Source: Eremomyces bilateralis CBS 781.70
Taxonomy: Eukaryota
Direction: 5' to 3' (one strand)
Assembly: GCA_010015585.1 (NCBI GenBank)
Contig: ML975150.1
Length of the DNA stretch: 64,000 nucleotides
The notes below the pieces were generated by a model. The model was not told where the DNA came from. It saw only the letters and a list, made by a program, of their open reading frames with translations, and made no database searches. The translations under genes and the position numbers were made by a program. Numbering within the stretch: the first letter of the stretch is position 1; every line of letters starts with the position of its first letter. Of the stretch, positions 25,758 through 38,302 are shown in pieces.

Positions 25758-26548
25758 TCAAATCACCCACCGATAGCTAGCATATCGCCCGGCCGTCTCA
25801 CTCCTCCTGATGATCTTGACGACCTGCCCTCTCCTCAGCCCCATATACCTCGCCACTGGATCGTTCACCTGCATTCTCGGCAGCTGGCTCTCCTTCAACC
25901 GATACCGCTCCAACAACTTCGCCTTCTCCTCCCGGCTCAGCAGGATATGCTTCGGCACCAGCTCATGCTTCGTGATGTTCACGAGCAGATCTGTCTCCTT
26001 GAACAGCTCGATGATGTGCGGCAGCACCGTGGGGATCAGCTTCCGCGCCGACGGTGTCATGTCGACGCCATGCACCAGAATTCCTGTGTAGAAGTTGTTC
26101 TCCGTGATGGTGTGCGCGAACTGCCGCATTTGCTTGATCCCCAGGTTCTCGTCGTTGTTGAATTCCACGTACACGTTGCCGATCTGCGGCTCGACTTGTT
26201 GGTCCTTCTTCGGCGGGGGCATGTAGAGTTGGAGCATCTCTGCGCTGGGTTTGAGGTGGAATCGCATGCGACCACGGCTGTGATACGGTTAGTAAGCAAG
26301 AGCAATGCTTTTGGGAGAGGGATGGACGCACTCCGCGAAGCCTAATGGGTCGCCGTACTGGGCGCGAAAATCATCGAGAGAGATTTCGATTTCTTCGTCC
26401 GTGACTTCGTAACCCTGAACCGTTTAGCGTTTTCCTATGCTACCAAAGATATTCAATCACCTACCCTGTCGCGACACAATTCCTTGACGGTCTTGTATAT
26501 ACGCCACATCTTCACCAGATCTTTGCTTCCTTCGCCTGAGTCGTCCAT
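25758..26548 (-). CDS. RPB5: RNA polymerases I/II/III shared subunit RPABC1
   Basis: MDD...[19 protein letters not shown]...[14 protein letters not shown]...[16 protein letters not shown]. Confidence 0.97.
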
Positions 26549-27015
26549 GATGAAAGCCGCTGGATGAAACGATAGGATCCGGTTCTTATGCTCTGTCTGG
26601 GTAGACGAGGATGACGGACAGGATTATTGAAGGCTTATTCGTTATTGTCAAACTCCCACTGGTTATAGCAAGTTACTAGGTAAGTTGATGCTGTCGGAGT
26701 CTAACTTCAATTTGACTTTCGCGACTATCGCGACGACTGTTGAAGAATTTCTGGTCACGTGAAACGGGGTCCATACCTGGTTTCCTCAGCCAATCAATGC
26801 GCGTCGTTGCTCCAATATCATTCACAAGCAAAGTCGATGTTGAGGATGTTGATATGTGTGGATAACCAAAGTTGGCTGTAATGTTCTAAAATTCCATCCC
26901 CTAATGTCTTAATTCAACAAGAGATTTACAAGTACCATGAGCAACCTTCGAACATCTCCTGAGTCTTTCTCTCAAAAGACTGTCCCCGTTGGCTCCACCC
27001 ACTCCTCCACCTAAT

Positions 27016-28184
27016 ATGGCGTCTCCGAAGCTTCCAAACCTCCTTGATTCGCTCAAGTCGGGCTCGAGTGGCGCTCGCGGTCGCGGACGGGGACGAGGAG
27101 GTAGTTCCACTGGAAGTCGTGGCCTCACGAAAGATCGGGTTATTCAGCGGACCGATCAGGATGCGCTCCTGTCTCGACTGAGTGCCGTGAAGATCGGGTA
27201 CTTGGAAGATCGATTCGCGCATGCGTTCGTGGATGAGGAGCCGCCGAAGCGGTTCCCTATTATAAATCGAGGTAGTAAAGTCCCGAGGAATAGTCCGTAA
27301 TATAAGCTGATTATTCATCAGGGACCTATGTTCGATCTATGGCAATTGACCGACTTGTCCAATCATTTGTAAAAGTCTCTCCTGACCAGAAGAAGCAAAT
27401 CATTTCTCTTGGGGCTGGCTCTGACACTCGTTATTTCCGCTTAATCTTTTCCGACCCCTCTCTCAATCTGGTCTACCATGAACTGGACTTCAAGGAGAAC
27501 ACCCTGCCAAAGGTCTCTGCCATCCAGAAGAAACAGTCCTTGCTAAGTGCCATCACATCGCACAGGGACAACGCCACCACCGTTCGTATAGATGTCCACG
27601 AAGGGACGATCACTTCACAAGGCTATAATCTCCATGCCGTTGATCTTAGACAGTTCATAAACCCTTCAGATGCGCCCTCCCTTCCCAACCTTTCCCGAGA
27701 TTGTCCCACTCTTCTTCTCTCCGAGTGCTGTCTTGTCTACCTGCAACCTTCCGAAGTCTCCTCTATCATCACCACCTTCAGTCAGCATCTGATCCCTCCA
27801 CCTACTCCCATTTCTCTGGTTTTATATGAGCCGATCCGTCCGGATGACGCTTTCGGTCGCACCATGATTACAAACCTTGAGAACCGTGGCATCAGCATGC
27901 CTACTCTCACTGTATTCCCATCGCTGGCATCTCAGCGGGCACGGCTCGAAGAGGCAGGGTTCAACGGTGGCCAAAGTGCGGCGGATATTAAGTTCTTGTG
28001 GGAGCGATGGGTGGACGAGGGCGAGAAGGAGAGAGTCGCGGCACTGGAGATGATGGATGAAGTGGAGGAGTGGAACCTCCTGGCGCAGCATTACTGTGTC
28101 GCATGGGGTTGGAGATCGGCGGATAATGATCACGACGCATTCTTGCGCAGCTGGGGTAATCTTCCATTTCAGAACGACAAATGA
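27016..28184 (+). CDS. PPM1: Leucine carboxyl methyltransferase 1 (PP2A methyltransferase)
   Basis: IQRTDQDA..SRLSAV..GYL, PIINRG|TYVR, QIISLGAGSDTR, SECCLVY, EEWNLLAQHYC; one intron. Confidence 0.95.
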
Positions 28185-28243
28185 ATATTGATCCCAATCA
28201 TTTCCCTCATCAGTCATGACATTAATTCTCACATGTCTTCGGC

Positions 28244-29195
28244 TCAGTCCATCCATCGATCCTCCTCCCAATTCCCGTTCCTGTTTGAATGCTTGTCAGT
28301 ATGACTGGCAGCCTTTGAGGGTAATAATAGAGAGCACCAACCAGGTACCGTTCCTCCTGAAGTTCAAGTATCTATCCAGTAGGCCAACCAGGAGACCAAG
28401 CAGAAAGACGATGAACAGCACGAAGTCGTAGAATAGCAGTACGATCGTGATGCGATCCCAAGGTATGCTCTTTCGGTTGACCGTTAGCTATCGTCGGACC
28501 AGCGTTTCGCACCCTGAGAGTACCTCGTCCGAGAAATCCAAGCCCAAGTACGTATTCGACTCCCGTTCCGTTTCCGTTTCGTTGTCGGAATCCCTCTTGC
28601 CGAATCCATGTGCCGGCACCTTGCCGACATACATGCTGTTGTATTCCTTTACCGATTCCTGCCGGTATAATGCAACGACGGGGTCGACCAACCACCTCTT
28701 AGCTGCCCTAATCGGGTTAACAAGCGTATTCGCGCTGGATCGACCCGGCCCGGGTGGTCGCGCGACTTCCGCCCCCATCGTGACCCCGAGCGCGGTCTTT
28801 GTTGTCGTCGCCCTCCCTGTATCCTCGTCGTCCCACCAACACGACATGTCGTAGAGGACCATCATATCAGTGGCAACCGGCTCCCCATCCACCGTGACGC
28901 TCGAGATACTCCGTCGCTTGAGATCTCCCGCATCGTGTGCACTAAAAACGGCTTCTTCTTCGGAGGCAGGGTAGGTGGTGACGGCGACCTGCGTGCATGT
29001 TGGTCCGGAGCGGCTGAGGATCAGGCTCCCGAACTCATCGGTGCGGAAGACGGGGGGCGGGGCGGTGGTGATCGTGGTGAGGGTGGTCACCAGCGTGTAG
29101 GTGGCCGTGTAGATGACGACTTGAGCATCGGCGGCTTGGATCAAGGAGAGGATGATATAGAGCCATGTTCCGGCGTTCATCAGATGCCCAAGCAT
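28244..29195 (-). CDS. Hypothetical type I membrane protein (signal peptide, Thr-rich ectodomain, one TM helix, short tail)
   Basis: ORF 28488-29243 spliced via two GT-AG introns to SIPWDRITIVLLFYDFVLFIVFLLGLLVGLLDRY...W|NGNWEEDRWMD*. Confidence 0.65.
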
Positions 29196-29677
29196 TGTCC
29201 TGACGGTGGAGTGGCGAAGTGAAAGTGAGGGAGCTGGAACCAAAATTTAGGAATGGCGTGGAGGTGTGTTGTGTCGGGAATGGAAATCGTTGGGCAAGGT
29301 GAATGGCGAAGGAACGATGCAAGCAACTTGACGGACTGTTAGACTGGCGATCGGGACTTTAACGGGTTTAAATAAATGAACAACTCCATCATTCGGTACT
29401 CACAGAGGGCGCATGATGCAGAAGTTTCAGGAACGTTTGCAGTTCTTCATTCACGGTTCAGCGACGTGAAAGAGTGAAGTCTTAAAAGCATATATACAAA
29501 CCTGACCTTTGATCTCCAACGTCCCAGATCCATGAACCGTGACTCCTACATCATGTCAGCCGCCTTGTTGAAATTAACCGCCGACATCCCCGAACGGGCC
29601 GTCGCCACCCGATTTCATTCCTATCGCATCGTTCCAAAGCCATGATCTTCTGAACGTCACTCATATTCCCTTGAAGC

Positions 29678-31532
29678 TCATTTCCCCGGCTTTTCCCACA
29701 CCAACGCAAACGTGCCCACCCAGCTCTTCACCTCCTCCCTTAGCTGCACAATCTCATGGATCTCCTCTCCCTCTTTCAAATACTCCTTGAACGCCGCGAC
29801 GCTGCCGGGGTTCTTCCGGTTCCGCGCCTCCGCCGCCTCCTTGGCAGACTTGTCCACTTTCAGCGTGATGGAGACGGCGCGGTCGACGATCTCGGCCACG
29901 CGCGCGAAGTCGTCGGCGTCGAACCCGCGGGTCGTCATCGCGGGGGTCCCCATGCGGATACCACCCGGCTTCATGGCTGACTTGTCGCCTGGGACCGTGT
30001 TCTTGTTCGCGGCGACGCCAACGAGCTCGAGGACGCGTTCGACCCGGGCGCCGTCGACGCCCTTTTTCTTGAGATCGACGAGCACGAGATGGTTGTCCGT
30101 TCCGCCGGACACGATGTCGTAGCCTAACCCTCCCTGTTTCGTCGAGTCGCCCAGCCGGTCAGCGAGCGACTTGGCATTGCGAAGGACTTGCTCTTGATAG
30201 GTCTTGAACTCTGGCAGCTGCGCTTGCTTTAATGCCACAGCGAGGGCGGTGATGGTGTGGTTGTGCGGACCACCCTGGTGGCCAGGGAAGACCGAGGCGT
30301 TGATTTTCGACTCCAGATCCCACATGATCGGCTCCGAAGACTTGCCAGATTTGCTGGCCTTGGCCTCCGTCTTCACGCCTTTCCTGTAGAAGATCATGGC
30401 GCCTCGCGGACCCCGGAGGGACTTGTGGGTGGTCGTGGTGACGACGGCGGAATGAGCGAAGGGAGACGGAACCACACCCGCCGCGACCAACCCTGAGATA
30501 TGGGCCATGTCAGCTAGGAGAAGAGCACCGGCCTTCTCGGCGATTGCGGCCATGCGCGAATAATCAATCAGGCGAGAATAGGCGCTCGTTCCAGCAATGA
30601 TGATCTTGGGTCGATACAGCATGGCGTTCTCCTCGAGTTTATCGTAGTCGATCAGGCCCGTGGACTCATCCAGCCGGTAGGGAAAGGTCTCGAAGTACTT
30701 GGAGATCATCGAGATCTTCTTGCTAGGGATCTGATAGCCGTGCGAAAGGTGGCCACCATGGGGAAGGTCAAGTCCCATTATCCGGTCATGCGGCTCGAGC
30801 AGGGCAGAGTAAGCGTAGAGATTCGCCGGTGAGCCGGAAAGCGCTTTGGTTCACGGAATCAGCATATATCGTAGCCATTTCGGTCCAGTGTCCAATTGCT
30901 TACGCTGGACGTTAACTCCCCATTCATCCTCCTTCAAGCCAAAAGTCTCCAATGCTCTCCTCTGGCATAGCCTCTCGGCTTCATCGATAAACTCATTGCC
31001 ACCATAGTATCGTGCCCCGGGATAGCCTTCTGAGTATTTGTCTACAAAAATTCAGGGTTAGCCAAGCTTCTTGGAAGGGTTCCTTGCTCGTGCGAGAGCT
31101 CAACATAAGATTTCGTCCGGAGACGGAGACGGCCTTCGTACTTTGCATTACGCTTCCTAAAGCATCGAGCACGGCTTGTGAAGTGAAATTTTCCGACGGG
31201 ATAAGGTTGATGAAGTGCTTTTGTCTATCTCTCTCCTAGATAGCTGTAAGCTCATGCCTGGCGGAAGTCGAGCGCCAGTAGCTATACCTTCTGGACGATT
31301 TCGAAAACATCCGGATCGCCTTCTCGTAATGTCGCGGAGAGAACCTTTCAATTCGTAAGTGCCCATCCCACACGAATGCTTGCATCCTCCTCACCTTCTG
31401 CTGGCCCTCTGAGAATGTATGTCCCGCCCGACGATAGCTCGGCATCACGCCGCATTGCGAGGCAATTGGACGGCATCGTGGGCTGGAAAACAACGAGCGA
31501 GAAGCTCGACCGCATGTCCGAATCGACGCCAT
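29678..31532 (-). CDS. SHM1: Serine hydroxymethyltransferase, mitochondrial
   Basis: Arg/Ser-rich presequence; [41 protein letters not shown] (PLP lysine), FPGHQGGPH. Confidence 0.97.
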
Positions 31533-31937
31533 GACGGAAATGGCTTTTCGGTAGGAGAGGAGCGTGGGAGGTGAGGAAGTGAAGTCAATTCTCGGCAACC
31601 GATAGTATTAATTCGCATGCAGTTCAACACTCGTCACTCGCACGGGAGCATCAGATGTTGCTCAGGCCAGGCCATAACCCTAGTAAAATTATGTGGGGTG
31701 GCACTAAACGTCACCGCCCTCAGAACTGAACTGCACAAAGTAAACAATGGAATGTAGACAAAGGCAGCCATCACTACTGCGGTAGGTAGGTAGATGTGAA
31801 GAATAAATTGCAGATAATCTACGCGGATAATCTATACAAAGACGCTCGAATTCGAGGGTCATTGGTATCGCCCTATCCTGACGAGAATAGGTCACTATGG
31901 GCCCAGCCCTCTCATCTTGCCCGCATCCATACGACCG

Positions 31938-32509
31938 CTATTCCTTGATCTCCTGTTTATGGAAGACATCTATGTATATAGCCATCAGCGAATCCGAGGA
32001 TTTCCAAAGACTTGCTGTAATCGACCTACTCGGAATTTCTGGCATCCAACTCGCCCTTGACTTGCAGAAGAACTCGCCCTTCGGAGGGAGTGCTTCAGGG
32101 TCATCTAGACTACCAACACAGATGTATCGGAAACTCTGTTGGACTTGTTCCTGACAGCCGTTAGAATTGGATCCCGGAGATCATTTAGAAGAGATGATAC
32201 CCCGTATTCGAGGATATAACTCCCGCAGTGGTCGCAGAATTCCCGGGTGACTCCTGAGGCTTCATCCTTGAACTCTTTGGGGGTGCCTTTCGTATATTTG
32301 AAGGCGTCTTTAGCAACCTTCGAAGTCAAGCCATAGGTAGTTCCGAATGCTTTCTAGTAATCGTAAGGAAAGAACCACATTCTCAGTTCGAAGAGATAGA
32401 AGACCTTGCAGTTTTTACAATGGCAAACCGACGTTCGAGCATCGTCAGGCGAGTCCAGTTCCAGCTTGTAAGCCAAGCGACGGCAGAAGCAAGACCCAGT
32501 AAGCTCCAT
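31938..32509 (-). CDS. GFA/CENP-V (Mss4-like) zinc protein
   Basis: GSCFC...CHCKNCK...REFCDHCGS...PPKGEFFCKSRASW; four exons. Confidence 0.9.
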
Positions 32510-32910
32510 TTTTGCAAAATACAGGTGTCTACTAATATAAAAACTGCGAGCAGGCAGTCGACTAGATACGGATGCTTTTACAAAGCTCGCCGGCAAAGGA
32601 ATGGGATGTCGTATTGCAGGGTATAATTACGTCACTATTGCATGTTACTACTATACCAAGGTTCATGTAACTCAAGACGTGAATTCAGAGTCGGCTGAAT
32701 ATTGTAGAAATTACCGGAATTATATACAATCATGAACAATCCACCTTTATGTTTCCTCGCGGGCTAGGAGCGACTTGGTGGCTTTTGCAGCCATTGGACG
32801 TCATCTATCCCGGTTGTATCCCATCAAACGCCTCACAATATATCATACACATAACCGAGAGGTATCAACGTGAACGCGAAGCAAACTCGATCCAAAACGG
32901 GGCCACACAA

Positions 32911-35900
32911 TCAGAACCCTCGGAACGGATCACTCCCCTCAAACTCATCGGCGTACACTCCACCGACCCGCCTTGGGTCACTTCCACTGGCACTCCACTG
33001 ACTCCCATTCCTCCTGGTCCCCACTCCAATTCCCGTGCCCTTCCCCTTCCCGCCAAAATAGCCATTCATCCCATGCCCCCTTTCCGGGCCCCCAAGGAAC
33101 CTCCCACTCTCTTCACTCCCTCTTCCGCTCCACATCCCCCCTCCAGCACTCACCGTCCCCCTCCCCTCCACAAACGCCTCCATCCGCACCGTCCCCGGAT
33201 TCGGTCCGAGCGCCTCGAAGAAGTTGTTCGGCAGCATACTGCTGCGATTGCTACTCCCCTCGCTCGACCGCCCCGCTCCGCCGAACCCGGCGATCGACGG
33301 GCTCGCCAAGGCGCTGCTGGGCTGGCTGCCGCCGCCGAAGCTGGATGGCAGGGTATGGACGCCGTTCAGCGTCAGTGGGCCGGGTCGAGATGACCGGGAG
33401 GTCCGTCCGCTCGATGGCGCGTGCCAGGTGCCGTACTCTTTGGCCGAGGTGCTCGTGTTGAGGCGCCGGGAAGGAGGTGGCCCAGCTGCAGACATATTGA
33501 GAGCGTTGGTATTGCTGGCGCTTGGTGCGCTGCTGCCGACTTCTTCCGCTTTCAGAAACGGTGGTGCGTCGCAGTCCGATGCATTCGTAGGGACGGCCCA
33601 TGGAATGAACTTGTCGGGGGGGTTGCTGGTGGTCGGTGAAGGCGTGCCAGGCCCACCTCGCACGGTGGCACTGTACGACGGCCCACTGGATCCGGAATAC
33701 CCGGAATACCCGGAATACCCGGTTGTCGGCACTGGCCCGGGATTCGTGACGCTGCGCTCATACGAGCCCCAGCCACGGTTGACTGGCGGGATGCGAGGGC
33801 CCGTCATGCTGCGTTTGCGGCCGTGTCGCTCGGGTGCGTGCGTGTGAAACCGCGGGATGGTAGGAGCGTCGGCTGCATCGGAAATGAGTGCATCAGCAGT
33901 GGAAATGGGAGGCGGGGGAGCGGTTCCGGTGCCTTGCTGCTGTCGGGAACCGGGCATGGGGCGTTTGCCCTTGGCGAGGAGGACGCTGTCGCGGATAGGA
34001 CCGCCACGACGAAGGGATGGGGCGGGCCCCCGAGAAATAGGCGGCGGGGAAGCGGAAACGTCGTCATGGGTGTCTGGGATCTGGGGCATTGGCGGCGCTC
34101 CAGGGAAGCTGCCTGCTGCAGCTGAGCTTGGGAGGTTGTTGATGGCGAGGTTCAGGTTTGGTAGGTTTGCTAATTCGGGAGCGCCTGTGGCTGAATGAGA
34201 TAAGAACGATAGCGCAGTGAGCCATAAGTAATGTCGCTCTGACGTCGTAGCAGTGAACTTGAGAGCACGGGCGGGGGTGAGAATCAGGATCGAGCGGTTG
34301 AAGGGAACGCCGGTTGCACCCTTGGGAAGGGGGGTGTCATCCTTGACATCCAACACCGACTGAATGGTTACTGCTCGTTTGTTAGTCGTCCGGTTGGGGG
34401 GTGTACGGATGAGGATGGAACTTACATTTCCTCCCGCTCTTCCCCAGCAGCGCGTTTCCGCTGGTCGGCTGTTTGCTGCTCCACATGATCGCTCGCTCAT
34501 ATGGACTCAACCACACCCATCTTTTATGTCTCTGGCCCCCAGAGCCGCTCATCACGCCGCTCACAGCGCCGCCGTCCTCAATTCCGCGGACTTCTGCTAG
34601 CTCAGCTTGTGCCTGAGCTTGAGAGCTCGCGACGCCGAAGCTCTTTCGTCTGCGAACATATTTATACATCCACTCCCCCACCATTGTCTGTGCAATGGCC
34701 TCCACAACACTTGCTTGCCCTGCTGGGGTCTCGACGCCGGCACTGCCCTGCGGTGGATGCGTAGCCACTTCGTGATCTGTAGTTCGTAGCTGTTCTCGCG
34801 ATGGCCGAGCATCCCTCGCAGTTCTACGAGCCGACCCGTGTGTGAACTTGGAATGCTGATAGCTCGCCATATTGGATGGAAGAGGAGGTACTTGAGGAGT
34901 CAGTTCAACTGGACTGTCAAGCGGGCTGTGGGCGCCGCCTGAAAGAGGAGGAGATCGGCTGCGCGCTTGGTGCGAGCTCCCCACAGGCCGAGTCATATGA
35001 ACCGCGGAGCGGGTCTTCCTTAACGAGTCGCGCCGCTGCAGCGGACGAGGTGGCGCCGCACGACGTCCTGCGAACGAGGATGTCACACTACGGGGAGTAG
35101 GCGATTGAGAGCCTTCAGATTTGCTTTTGCCGCCGCTGAAGACCCGACGACTCGATCCACGATTGGGGACAGGGAACGGCGGTGGACGTGAGGCTCCTGC
35201 CATGGTTGTTGTTGTCGTCATCGTGGCCACAGAGCTGCTCGCGACACTCCCTATGCTGGGGGAGCGGCTACGGATATGCGCGTTAGTACCGGAGTGGATC
35301 ATTGCCGAACGACGGATGGATGGCTGCCGGGTTATCGAGCCTGAGGCAGACCGCATTGATTTCGCAACTTTGTTCGGCCGTTCAAACGATGATCTCGTCG
35401 ATGCAGAGAACGAGGGCCTCTCCGGCTGAGACGCTTCTGGATAAGTGCCATAGGAAGTCTCATCAAAGTCAGATTCATCATGCGATCGTGACAGGACTTC
35501 GTTCTCTTCAGGCACAGGCGTAGGGAAGTTCAGGGCGCGTGCAACTTTCCCTCGGCCTTGCGCGACAGGCGTCTGGTACTGCGATCTCTTTGGCGAATCG
35601 TCTTCGCTCAGCTCATTGTCTGATCGCGCCTCTGATTCATCATCGAGCCCGTTAAAACCAGCAAATAGGCTGCTGTCGCGGAAAGGTCGCCTGATAATGT
35701 CTCCTTTCACGGTCCGAGCAAGAGGACCGTTATCATTGTTACCTGGATAGCGGTCCTCAGTTTGAAGGTCATCGGGAATCCTTGGGACTGGTGGAGCATC
35801 GTCTTCAGATGTGTATACTGCTGCAGGCTTCTTTCCAGCGGCCACCGAACCAAATACGCGCCCACCGCTCTTGGCGAGTTCGGGTGTTGGTGGCTGGGAA

Positions 35901-38302
35901 GATATGGCAGAGGGAAGAAGATGAGCTGGGAGTCTTGCGAGTCTTTGGTCGATCCTGATGGGGTCGGTTTGCATTGAAACGGACATCATTGGAACGACAG
36001 TCTCGAACGTCGTCTGACAGCTCACGTTCTTCGTCCCAGGAGGCAAGACAACAGATTGCAGAGAGGTTGGCCTAGAGCCGTCCGGAGGATGGATGGCAAT
36101 TGCTGGGACGAACATCGGGGTGGGGACAGGAGGGGGAAGTCGAGTTGGCTCGGTGGGCATCCTTTCCTTTGCGATTTCTTCCACCTCGGTTTGGGTAGAC
36201 ATTGAAACCATTTCTGGCTTCGGTGGAGGCAGAGGTGGCAGTCGGGTCGGAGTCAGAGGGACAGCCTGCAGATCTGTAGGCTCTTCTACCTGTTCTTCGT
36301 GTTCGGGGATGGCGGCATGAGTCGGGCTAGGGGGTGGACTCAATTTCGGTGTAGCAGGTGGACTCAAAGGCTCCTCCAGAGTTTGAATGGCAGTGGAAAC
36401 CATTACAGGTGCCGGTTTCTGCGGCTCTGCCTCCGCGGTAGGTGTAGGAGAGGCGCTGTTCTCTTCAGCCACCGCCTTAGTGGGCTCACCATCCGCCACC
36501 ATGCCGAGTTCCAGGATATCGGTTGCTGTGGACTTTTCTTCGTCTATCCATCCGATTTTGGGAGATGGTGGAGGGGAGAATTGAGTGCTGGCTTCAACAT
36601 AATTTGTTGCCGGTGCTGGAACGTTCTGAAGCTCTTGTTGTGGCTCTTCCACAGGAGGTGCTTCAAAGACTGGTGGTCGGTTGCACGGCAGCCCGCAGGT
36701 CCTGCAGACGCCATCGTCAACACCATCGTCAACACCATCAACGTCAACGGGCTTCATTTCGCCCTCCAAGCGTTCTTGCTCGGAATCGGTGGTCTTCTGC
36801 ATGGATGTCGAATCGTCCACATTTCTGAGGAGGTCTAGTCTTGCCGACTCGCGCTTCTCGTGGACTGATCGTTTGGGGCGTACGCTCTCGATGGTAAATG
36901 TCGGGCTTGGAGTTGATCGTACCATCGTCTCAAACCGAGCGACTTCTTTAAGGACCCGACTATCGCGTTTTGTATGTCTACGCACGCTATCGCCTTCTTC
37001 TCCAGAAACCTCTTCTATTGACTCGATAGGATGCTCAGAGCCCCCTGTGTCGATTGAAAAGCCTCGCTCGTCGTCCCGCAGCGCTGGAAGAACCATGTCC
37101 TTCGGCAATGCGGTGTCACCATTCGATTCATGCGGGGCATTGTCATGATGTTGGGCCTCTTGCGTCATGTGTCCAATCGGAGATATCATCGAGTTCCTCG
37201 AAGGCATTTCGCCAGTAATGCCTAATATTCTTTTTGCCTTCTCGTCGACCCAGCCCATCATACTACTCATTCTGCTCTCTCTGGCCCTCTTAGCGCGGAG
37301 CTCCCGCAACTCCAATTCTGTGAACTCATCTTCATCCTCTTCAAGGTCGAGATCGGCATAATCTTCGTCTTCCTCGTCGAAGTTGTCCAGGTTCAGCTCG
37401 TCGGCTAAACTGAGACCGTTGGCGAGTTTCATTGAGGCGTTGGAAGTTGTCGAGAACCGATTTAATGCGGCCCTCAGACTTCGCTGGCTGGCAGATGACA
37501 TGTTCCGGGAGTGCTTTCTCTGTCTCTTCTTACTAGGACTCTGGCTTTTCACACTCATGCCATCGCTTTCGTTTCCGAGGCCGGAATCTCGGGTGTCCTC
37601 GTCCTCCGAGTCGGCGTGGCGTCCGTTGACGTTAACATCACCGTTACCAGCATGTGCAACAAGCTCGTCAAGGACGCTCCGCAGCCTACCTTCAGCCACA
37701 TGAGCACGTCGTTCAAGACGCTTCTGCTCGCCGGTCCATCCGCTCCTTTCACGCTGCAGCTCTGCAAACTCTCGTTGAAGGTCATCCTCGCGGTCCTTGT
37801 AGCGCTTGTTCGAATCCTCGAGCTTCGATTTTAAATCGCGGTTGGTATCTTTGAGCTCGTCGCGTTCCTTCACGAGTTCTTCTAGAGCAGATACGGTACT
37901 CTGTTCGATTTGTTGAAGCTGGCGTTTGACGTTGCGGTGATCCCGGCCTTGAGAGCTCAGTCGCTGACTCAATTGTTCATTGTCCGACTTGGAATCCGAT
38001 AAGGTAACTTCGAGATCGGTAATGAGAGCATCCCGTGCATCGACATCTCGGCGGAGAGAAAGGATCTCGGACACAAGCGACGCATGTAACGTTGGAGTGA
38101 ACCTCCGTGGGTCCAGAATCGATATTGACTCGTTAATCGTGGGGTAGCCGCCTTCCGTTGAGTTGGATGGCTGTAACGGAGGGGACGAGGGTGCCCCAGG
38201 CCCATGAGAGGAGATCATTGGAGTATCTCTAGATATCCCTTCTCTTTCGTATTCGTAAGAGTGTGAAGTAGTTCTTCCTCTTGAAGACCCGCTTACAGAC
38301 AT
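32911..38302 (-). CDS. Num1/ApsA/Mcp5-like cortical protein (N-terminal coiled coil, C-terminal Mcp5-type PH domain)
   Basis: Coiled coil after DPRRFTPTLHASLVSEILSLRR; GEWMYKYVRRR...RHKRWVWLSPYER..WSSKQP|...RSILILTPARALKFTA..RHYLWLTALSFL; one intron ~34370-34425; start could lie further upstream. Confidence 0.85.

Noticed and set aside
33692..33722. (CCGGAATAC)x3 repeat
   Set aside because: In-frame low-complexity GYS repeat within the Num1-like tail
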